Shown piece after piece: positions 54,581-64,000 of a stretch of DNA of 64,000 nucleotides. A model generated the notes under the pieces. That model was not told where the DNA came from and searched no databases. It worked only from the letters and a program-made list of their open reading frames with translations. How positions within the stretch are numbered: the stretch's first letter is position 1; every line of letters begins with the position of its first letter. A program made the translations under genes and the position numbers. Location: NCBI GenBank assembly GCA_964016885.1, contig OZ024742.1:303676001-303740000 (forward strand), given 5' to 3'. Source of the stretch: Eledone cirrhosa (taxonomy: Eukaryota).

Positions 54581-55335
54581 TAATTGTGATACCGGAGCTC
54601 AACCGTCGGGGTCCTGAATCTTTTCTTATTACCCCCTCTACTACCCCAAGTATCGAGTACTCTGGTGAGTTATGGTCCACCAAGTATTTTACCACACCCT
54701 TTCTGATATATATATATATGCGTGTATACATGTATATATATACATATATTTACGCGTGTGTGCCTCTGTGTGTGTGTGTGTGCACCTATTCATATGCATT
54801 TCTTTCTCTCTCTCTAAATATATATATATATATATACTTATACATACAAATATATGCGTACGTACATTAATATATGTATACTTGTGTGCGCTTTTCAACA
54901 TGATGTGTTACGGTTTATATGCTGGTATATATGTCTTAGTGGAAAGGTTTTCTTAGATATAATCTCGCTAGTTGCGGAGAGGCAATGAGGAAATGGTGCA
55001 CATCAAAAGAAACCGGACTTAATCATACTTAAAAAAAAATTGGCATACGATGACGTGTTTAAAAGAATGGAATGAGGCTCAACATTGTAAGTACCCAGAG
55101 GGATGTAATAGAGAAATGAGGAGACAGATTTAGCTGTGACACCACTTTAAAAGGAGACAGTGGGTGAGGTTATTACAGTACTGCAAGGGAGATCCTCTCT
55201 AACTAAATGAAATATTAGAAGAGATGGCGTTGCTATCTCAATATCAGTACATAGTGACATTTAAGTATAGCGAATATGTAGAAGGAATTCTTCGTTATGA
55301 GAGTTCCGCTGGGTTTATCTGTCACTCTCTCTCTC

Positions 55336-55428
<93 letters not shown>

Positions 55429-55469
55429 GTGAGTGCGCGCGTCTGTGTGTGCGGACAATATATGTACAT

Positions 55470-55540
<71 letters not shown>

Positions 55541-55545
<5 letters not shown>

Positions 55546-56099
55546 GAAAACAAAAAATCAGTGATGCATCGGAACTCAATTTATTGTGTCTTACAATTGT
55601 TTCCCCGGCGAACAGCTCTGGGTGCGATCTGTGTGTGGATCGATCTGACTCTAAACTCGCAGGTTCCTCGGACAGATCTATTGATTTCGGAGCATGTCCT
55701 CTTACTGAGGTTCCTGACCCTACAGGTCTGTATCGTCCACTTCCATCCGCTTTGCGCGTCCTTGGGTTGGTCACTGGTTAGTGACCAGTGGTCAGAATAA
55801 TGATGACGTCACTAACCATGAAGGTGGACGATACAGACCTGTAGGGACAGGAACACCAGAAGTAGGACATGCTTTGAAATCAATAGACGTGTCCGAGGAA
55901 CCTGCGAGTTTAGAGTCAGGTAGATCCACACACAGATCGCACCCAGAGCTGTTCGCCGGGGAAACAATTATAACACACAATAAATTGAGTTCCGATGCAT
56001 CACTGATTTTTCATTTACCATTCTATAATACTCTGCTCCGTAGGAGCATAGAGTACTCAACCGGCATACCGCCTATGGAATCATCTTAGTGACCATTAG
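55541..56099. mobile_element. Fold-back mini-element with a long-helix-II HHR-like motif in each arm
   Basis: Arms 55541-55746 and 55818-56023, tail 56024-56099. Microsatellites on both sides. The tail is related to 58939-59012. Confidence 0.8.
55889..55976 (+). ncRNA. Hammerhead-like motif, U4C variant (antisense copy 55588-55675)
   Basis: gtgt-CCGAGGA-~60 nt-GAAA-caatta-TA-acac, then AATAAA. The other arm has caattg in helix III. Confidence 0.55.
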
Positions 56100-56140
56100 A
56101 CAAACACACAAACACACACACACACGCACACACACATATA

Positions 56141-56999
56141 TATATTTTTTTCTAGGGCGGGTAAAATTCCCGAGATCCATGGACGAGTTCTCTCCAGCGG
56201 TCTCTGCCCCTCATTATCGCTGCCATGTCCTGCATCTCCAAGAGACCAGTGTCTGTGCTTAGGGCATCAACATACGTTAACCTTGTTCTTCCGCTTCCAG
56301 TGTGTCCATGTAGGGTCTCCCACAGGAGCACTGAGTGCAATGTCAACTCTGGTTGCCGTTGAGCATGTCCAGCTAACCTCAGTCTCCTCTGTGTCAATTT
56401 TGTGCTGACTTTTGGGAGGCTCCCATACAGCTCTGAGTTTTTCATCCATAGTGTATACTGATTAATGTTCAGAGCCATCCTCAGCATTCTTGCCCTGGAG
56501 AAACACCAGGATTCTGGCTTTAGTGTAGCATCGACTCAGAGCAGGAGAGTTAAGGCGAAAAAGATATCGGATGCTGAATTTGCCGACGACATAGTTTTGG
56601 TGACAAATACAGTGAATGAGGCAGAAGATTTTATGCAGGAGGTTGAGACTGTGTCGATGAGTGTGGGTCTGAGAATGAATGAGACTTAAACAAAATATCT
56701 GTAAGAGAATGTTACGAAACCAGAGGGGATCACTAATGTAGGCGGGGAGACGCTAGAATTGGTTGAGGACTTCCTGTATTTGGGAGCAAAGATTGGGAAT
56801 ACAGAAGATGATGTGGTTGAGAGGAAGAGCAAGGCCTGGGCGGCGTGCCACAGATTGAGATCGGTGTGCAAGTCGGACCTTCGTAAAGACATGAAAATCC
56901 GCCTCTTCATTGCTGTATTGGAGTCTGTGCTGCTGTACGGGTCTGAGACTTGGACACTGACCAAGAAACTCACTCAGATGGTGGATGGGTGCTACACAA

Positions 57000-57003
<4 letters not shown>
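56141..57003. mobile_element. RTE-clade LINE fragment with a 5' inversion
   Basis: Plus part 56493-57003 reads EFADDIVL, FLYLG, LLYGSETWT and DGCYTR. Minus part 56492-56141 continues MLRMALN..RLRLAGH..RDRWR. Confidence 0.88.
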
Positions 57004-57037
<34 letters not shown>

Positions 57038-57879
57038 ATAGTAATAAATTTGAAGACTAAAATCCAAAGAGGGCTCGATAAGGATAAATATATATCAAAT
57101 ATATAAGAAGCGTAGAGCAAATATTTATTAAAATAACAGATTAAAGTTTAAGCAAAGAATCGCTGCTTTCACCCTTAATGGGATCTTCTGAAATTAAAAA
57201 AATCAATCTGTGAACGCAGAAGTAAATATTTCGAAAAACGTTGCAACCGAAGGAGACAGGAAAACGATACTTTGGTTCGTTTTCACACGGACTACTGACC
57301 AAATGATATTTGGTATCAATGGGTTAAAGACATCTGTCAAATTAATTAGTGGTGAAGGTGGTGTATGTATAAGTATAAAGTAAAATGATTCGCCAAAATG
57401 TTGTTTCAATAGCGGACGAATTGTTATTTATGAAACAGTATTTCAAAACTGCACATACCATTACCCACAGTCTTGTGAAAATAGAGTGAAATTTAAAGAA
57501 ACATTTCTTCAGTACTGTGTATACCGTTATCGCATGATATTTTAAAATACGCTCAAATTATTTGAGTCACAAACGCATCTGGCTCAGGTTGAAAGGACGA
57601 GAAATAGGCCCACAATGAAGGTTATGAATTCCCCACCATACTCACGTTGAAACGTTAGGTTAATTTTCTTCTTATCTTGAGAAAGGAAGACGACTGGGGC
57701 AACTTGACCACCATTCATCAAAATTTGCTACACAAATATTATTCAACCAATGTTCTCTATAGGAAAAAACTAACTAAGGATGAAGAAAACACATACATAC
57801 AAACAAACACACACATATGCATACATATATATATATATTAATCTTCTTGTCGTATAACATGCACTATAGTTAGTGAGAC

Positions 57880-58250
57880 AAATCGAGATTGGTATTATGG
57901 ATTGCCTCCAGGCCTCCGGGGAAACGTCTGAGGGAGCCCGAACAACATGCACCACTGTCTGAGCAGGGTCATCACAGTCACTTGCTAGGTTGCCTTTCAT
58001 TTTCCATCGATAGGAAAGATAGGCTTTTCTGGCATGTGTTGTGCGAATCCAATTAAGGGACACCCATTGCTTTCTAGAAAAGTCGAAAACTACTAGCTTA
58101 CATCTGGGGTTCTGCACGAAATCTTGATTGGCAAATTTTGACTAATTTTAAAACCTTCGCCACTCTACCTTCAGATTAAATTTATTGTCTTGAATGGTCA
58201 TGATTGGTTCCAAGAATGGTTTCCAGAATGGTTTACTCATAAAATACTGT
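57880..58250 (-). pseudogene. Degraded LINE C-terminal zinc-knuckle region (RTEX-like)
   Basis: WVSLNWIRT..LSYRW..DCDDPAQTVVHVV resembles WxxLNRxRT..KW..CxCG..QTxxH. Confidence 0.5.
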
Positions 58251-58799
58251 ATACTTAATTAAATTTGTTCGTAGCTTTAGAGAATAAATGGTACTGGATA
58301 AATATGCACTAACGTCTCTCCAATATTATATTTAATATGACTGTTGAATATACCAATCACAGCGATGATTTGAACAGTTAAAATAATTCCTACACTTTTA
58401 GCCTTTCATAAATTTTAACCATTTACCTAAATAGAAAACTTGTTTACATTTTTCAAATCTTCATAACAGGATGCATGAGAACATGTGGTCGGTAAATAAA
58501 TATATTTTCTTATATTATCTACTGATTCTGAGGATTTCTCTACAAAGGAATTAAATACCACGTCCCTTGTAGTTGAAGGAAACATATGTAAATGAATTAA
58601 TTAATGTATTAAAACTTGGTGATTGCTTTTCCTTTTTATATATGCTCTGTAATTTTGTAAATGTACGATGACTGGAAATCTACAAATTGGATTTATGCCT
58701 GAACTGTCTTTCGCTATTCGGGATGATGGACAGAATTACATTAGAGCTTTAAATATATGAATGCCTTCTTCGGTTGTATCATCAGCTCATATAATTTAC

Positions 58800-58846
<47 letters not shown>

Positions 58847-58848
<2 letters not shown>

Positions 58849-59012
58849 CCTCGAGCTGATCGACTGAGAAACATATGTAATATGTTAATCAATGTGATAT
58901 GATGTAACACTGATTCCTCGTTCTTTATAATAGTATACCTCTGCTCTGTGCGAGCATCGAGTGTTCAACCGGCATACCGCCTACGGACGCATTTACCTTG
59001 CAACCCTAGGAC
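58847..59012 (+). mobile_element. Truncated pseudo-LTR and tail between (TA)n tracts
   Basis: HHR 3' half GAAA-catatg-TA. Tail similar to 56030-56085. Confidence 0.6.
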
Positions 59013-59034
59013 TATATATATATATACACTCACA

Positions 59035-59196
<162 letters not shown>

Positions 59197-59208
59197 TACA
59201 CACGCACG

Positions 59209-59267
<59 letters not shown>

Positions 59268-59844
59268 CACGGCCATTTTACTTAAACAAAATTAACACCA
59301 TCAAAATCATTCTTCATCTTTGTTTTCTCTTTGTTTTCTGAATTAAAGATGTTTTTATTATTATTATTATTGGCTCGGTGTCTATTGGTAGTGTCAACAT
59401 TGTATTTTGCCCTTCGATTGTTGATAAACTAATATACCAGTCACCTACTATGTAATCGACAATCCCGTTCACCAAATTTCTCGCCTTGCACCTAAATTAT
59501 GAACAATTACTATTAAAACTATTATCATAAGTGCAGGCATGGCTGTGTGGTTAAGGAGTTAGTTTCAGAATTTAAGTCAATTATTTGATTTTACATTCAT
59601 CTAAATCAATTACAATAAATTCAGTTCACATGTTCTTAAATATTATCAAATATATGTCCGTATATGATCAAATAGTTATTTTCTACAAAGTTCTGAGTTA
59701 CAGAAAATATGATGATATGCTATCATTTTTTGCACCAGCTCCGTACACTGATTCAATTATACATACATTTATTCGTAGATACATTTGTATATTTATAAAT
59801 ACTCACCTCACACATACCCCCCCCCCCCATATATATATATATAT

Positions 59845-60319
59845 GAAGAGTCATTTCTCAATCTTGGCGCAAAACCAATTTTTTATCCACATGAACTCTA
59901 CCAACCAATCAAAATTGTTTTGACCAAGAATTTTTGCTGGAGCCACTTTTTTAACATTTTAACATAAAAACAGTCTTGGCGCAAAATCAACTTTTTACAT
60001 TCACATGACCTCTACCGACCAATCAAAATTGATTTGACCACAAGCATTTTTGCAACACAAAAATAATGCTGGAGCCACTTTTTTAACATAAAAACAGGTA
60101 GACTTCCCAAAACTAATCAGATCAGAGCAAACAGCACGGACACTCTATCTCAAAATTATTTTTGAAAAGCATTTAGAAATGCGCAACCGGTAAAAACTTA
60201 AAAACTTAAAACCACAACTGAATACTAACCCATACAATCACTAATACTCTTTTATTCCTAATTAAACCATTTTTCAACTGTGAACAATTTGTCAGCATTT
60301 TCTATTCCGTTTACCAATA
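59845..60319 (+). mobile_element. Solo, partly duplicated pseudo-LTR of the 7336-11277 PLE family
   Basis: Aligns to ~10870-11277 and has the same 3' end at (TA)n. Confidence 0.88.
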
Positions 60320-62299
60320 TATATATATATATATACATATATGAAGGTGTGCACAAAGCAACCGTGCTGTATGATGAAATTTATATAATTTATATAATTT
60401 TGTACATTTAGATTGTAATATAAATATGTTCGGTGTAAAATAAAAAATGAATAATAATAGATACATTCAACCAGCTTATAAGCCTAGTCGGGTTTTCATT
60501 AACAGACATGTATATCAACTAAGGAACTCCTTGGAAATATATATCCTAGTACTTATAAATACCAAGTTTTGTATAACTGGTTGGAGGGTTGAAAATGCTT
60601 TCAATCTTTGTATTGCTTCATAATATATGTTTCTTTGCACCATAACTTTTTTCCATACGAGCGTATGATTCCCAACCTTACCATACATGGCTGTGAGTTC
60701 AAATCCTACTGAAATCTATGTTATCTTCATCATTTAAGGCTAGAGAAAATAGATATTGTGATAAATATAATAGAGTATAACCACCCACTACCGTGAGATC
60801 TTCTACCTTTCTTAGAAATCAATATTTGAAAGAGTTCACTTTGACTTTTTCCAATAAAACATTAAACTACTTAATAATTGAATTTCTCCTCGAAAATGAT
60901 TATAACTTATAGGAATTACAAAACATATTTCCCCTGTGATATTATTCTCTTCAATCATCTACTTTTCTCTCAACATGTTTTGCAAGCCTACACAGTTTTT
61001 CTTCCTCATCACACAAAGGAATTGATATCTTGCCTAGAGATTTCATTCGAAATGATGTGTAAAAACAGATATTGCTGCCGTTTGATAGAGTCATATTAGT
61101 AATTTATCTATGTAGTACATTTATTTATTTATTTATCTTTTTATTTGTTTATTTATATATACATTTCTTGCATTTTTTTTATTTTTAGCATTAATATTGT
61201 TTAACTAATTTGTCAGTACTTGACAACCCGACCACAAAATTCTACTTTTAAAAAATTACATAACAATCCTACCAGGAAACTCTTCTTCCATGTATTCTCC
61301 ACTTTAAATAGTGTAGTCATTTTCAGGTTTGAAAATAACTCTCTTATACTTATCTAAAACTAGACGTAAATGAGTAGATAATGAAATGTTTATTTTATGA
61401 GGAATAAATAGTCTATCAAATATCAACAAGACAAGGGAACGTCTGATTATGATATATACAATCATTTCATAAGTAATTTATCTTTGATATTTCGATATTC
61501 CATATTTCAATCCCATTTTAACATTAGCTGGTAACCAGCCAATTCAGGTCTCGCAAAGATCTTACTACAGCTTTATAGTATTCATTAACACAACATAAAA
61601 TGAAATAATTATTAAAAGTAGATTAAAAGCAAAAGATCACCGAGACAAACTAAATACAAATTAAATGATCATTAAAACAATGGCAAGGAATTTGGCGGTT
61701 AATGCATGTTTTTAGCAGGGCGTATATATTCGGCGTTCTACGTCCGATTTTGCCGTTGTGCAAAGAAGGAATGTATATTTGATTATATCGAGGTGCCATT
61801 CTTAAATTACTTAAATTACTATTGGGAATGTTAAGATCAGCAGAACCCACAACTTGGATCTAGACATTCACGTTGTGCCGACAATATATAACGGAATGTC
61901 TAAATGGTTCACATAAAATCATTAGGTCCCGAGTTCAACCGAATTGCGTGATAGCATGAATAATGCCATTTCCCAAAGCATTAGCTCGATTGATGCGTTT
62001 TCAATTAAACTGAGTAGTTAGAAACTGTTTGGAGCCCATCGAATGTACTGTACTTGTAATTCAAAAGGTTAGCCTTATCACTCTGAATCTCGCTGAAAAC
62101 TATGTTAAAGTTAGACATATTTGTGGAATGGCCAGACCCATATATGTTAAGTTCATGACCAGACTGGACTGTTCCATTCCACAATACGCTTTCTCTAGCC
62201 ACATACAGATTTTCTCCTGTTTTCTTCACTCAAAAGAATCTTTTTGTATCACACTTACTCTAGATTTGCTCTAGCTAGCATTTGATTTCTCAGACTGTA

Positions 62300-62386
62300 A
62301 GAGACATTGGTCTCCAACAGACCAATGTCTGTCCTTAGGGCATCAACATATGGTAACTTCGGTCTTCCCCTTTCAGTGTGTCCATG
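62300..62386 (-). mobile_element. Short RTE fragment (family of 56141)
   Basis: Similar to ~56235-56311. Confidence 0.6.
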
Positions 62387-62478
62387 TGTGTGTGTGAGTG
62401 TGTAGATATATATATGTGAGTGTGTGTGTAGATATATATATATGTTGTGTGTGTGTATGTGTGTGTTTGTTTGTCTGT

Positions 62479-62697
62479 GTGGATTGGCAGAATCAGTAGA
62501 GCGTAGAGAAAATGCTTTGTAGTATTTAGTTAGATCCCTTTTACATTCTGAGCTCAGATACAGTCGACGTTAACTTAGCCTTTCATCGTTACGGGGTCAA
62601 TAAAATGAAGTACCAGTAATACACTAGAGTAGATGTAATCGAATTTCTCCCACAAAAAAATGTTGGCCGTCTAACTGAATCAGAAACGATTATTATT
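62479..62697 (+). mobile_element. tRNA-derived SINE, diverged
   Basis: gtggattggcagaatcagtagagcg head, family core and ATT tail. Confidence 0.8.
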
Positions 62698-62800
62698 GGC
62701 ATCCATCGATCTCGATAGGCCATGAATTGGCACCTGAAGAATTTTGTGTCAGGTGCTGATGGCGATGTAGTGTCCGCTGTGACTGTACAGGTCTGCAGTG
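62690..62800 (-). mobile_element. Probable RTE LINE 3' end
   Basis: Minus strand reads DLYSHS, then a 3' UTR ending catggcctatcgagatcgatggatgcc and a (taa) tail, resembling RTE termini from memory. Confidence 0.55.
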
Positions 62801-64000
62801 GAGTGACAGTACTACTGTGACTGTAGAGGTCTACAGTGGAGTGACAGTACTACTGTGACTGTAGAGGTCTACAGTGGAGTGACAGTTCTACTGTGACTGT
62901 AGAGGTCTACAGTGGAGTGACAGTACTACTGTGGCTGTAAAGGTCTACAGGCGAGTGAGAGTACTACTGTGGCTGTACAGGTCTACAGTGGAGTGACAGT
63001 ACTACTGTGACTGTACAGGTCTGCAGTGGAGTGACAGTACTACTGTGGCTGTACAGGTCTACAGTGGAGTGACAGTACTACTGTGGCTGTACAGGTCTAC
63101 AGTGGAGTGACAGTACTACTGTGGCTGTACAGGTCTACAGTGGAGTGAGAGTACTACTGTGACTGTACAGGTCTACAGTAGAGTGACAGTACTACTGTGA
63201 CTGTACAGGTCTACAGTGGAGTGAGAGTACTACTGTGACTGTACAGGTCTGCAGTGGAGTGACAGTACTACTGTGACTGTACAGGCCTACAGTGGAGTGA
63301 CAGTACTACTGTGACTGTACAGGTCTGCAGTGGAGTGACAGTACTACTGTGACTGTACAGGTCTACAGTGGAGTGACAGTACTACTGTGGCTGTACAGGT
63401 CTACAGTGGAGTGACAGTACTACTGTGGCTGTACAGGTCTGCAGTGGAGTGACAGTACTACTGTGACTGTACAGGCCTACAGTGGAGTGACAGTACTACT
63501 GTGACTGTACAGGTCTGCAGTGGAGTGACAGTACTACTGTGACTGTACAGGTCTACAGTGGAGTGACAGTACTACTGTGGCTGTACAGGTCTACAGTGGA
63601 GTGACAGTACTACTGTGACTGTACAGGTCTACAGTGGAGTGAGAGTACTACTGTGGCTGTACAGGTCTACAGTGGAGTGACAGTACTACTGTGGCTGTAC
63701 AGGTCTACAGTGGAGTGACAGTACTACTGTGACTGTACAGGTCTGCAGTGGAGTGAGAGTACTACTGTGACTGTACAGGTCTACAGTAGAGTGACAGTAC
63801 TACTGTGACTGTACAGGTCTACAGTGGAGTGACAGTACTACTGTGACTGTAGAGGTCTACAGTGGAGTGACAGTACTACTGTGGCTGTAAAGGTCTACAG
63901 GCGAGTGAGAGTACTACTGTGGCTGTACAGGTCTACAGTGGAGTGACAGTACTACTGTGACTGTACAGGTCTACAGTGGAGTGACAGTACTACTGTGACT
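62777..64000. repeat. 38-bp minisatellite, ~32 copies, running off the window end
   Basis: Unit ctgtgactgtacaggtctacagtggagtgacagtacta, with no spacers. Confidence 0.95.

Noticed and set aside
58756-58790. Minus-strand CTGATGA with flanking complementarity
   Set aside because: GAAG instead of GAAA and no helix II or III.
62777-64000. CRISPR-like 38-bp repeats
   Set aside because: Units are contiguous with no unique spacers, there are no cas genes, and the context is eukaryotic.

Overview
AT-rich, microsatellite-saturated eukaryotic DNA. The tRNA-derived SINE family and (TA)n density suggest an octopod cephalopod, but this is inference from recalled repeat families. No host protein-coding exon could be supported. 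Almost all recognisable sequence is mobile DNA: two large Penelope-like elements (PLEs) with inverted pseudo-LTRs, a GC-rich CRE-clade retrotransposon with an N-terminal PHD finger, a CR1-group LINE, RTE and R4/Dong remnants, a non-autonomous Helitron, two Tc1/mariner-type MITEs, about ten SINEs and a terminal 38-bp minisatellite. The main signal is RNA structure. By eye I count about 20 type I hammerhead ribozyme (HHR) motifs from about 10 sequence families, mostly minimal HHRs with a palindromic helix III. They occur in (i) a retrozyme-like family of ~420-bp tandem monomers carrying a conserved ATGCAAAT octamer, present at three loci with differing breakpoints, and (ii) several unrelated (TA)n-inserted fold-back mini-elements whose 3' tails share a GAGTRCTC motif. 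All folds and alignments were done manually and no activity is demonstrated.
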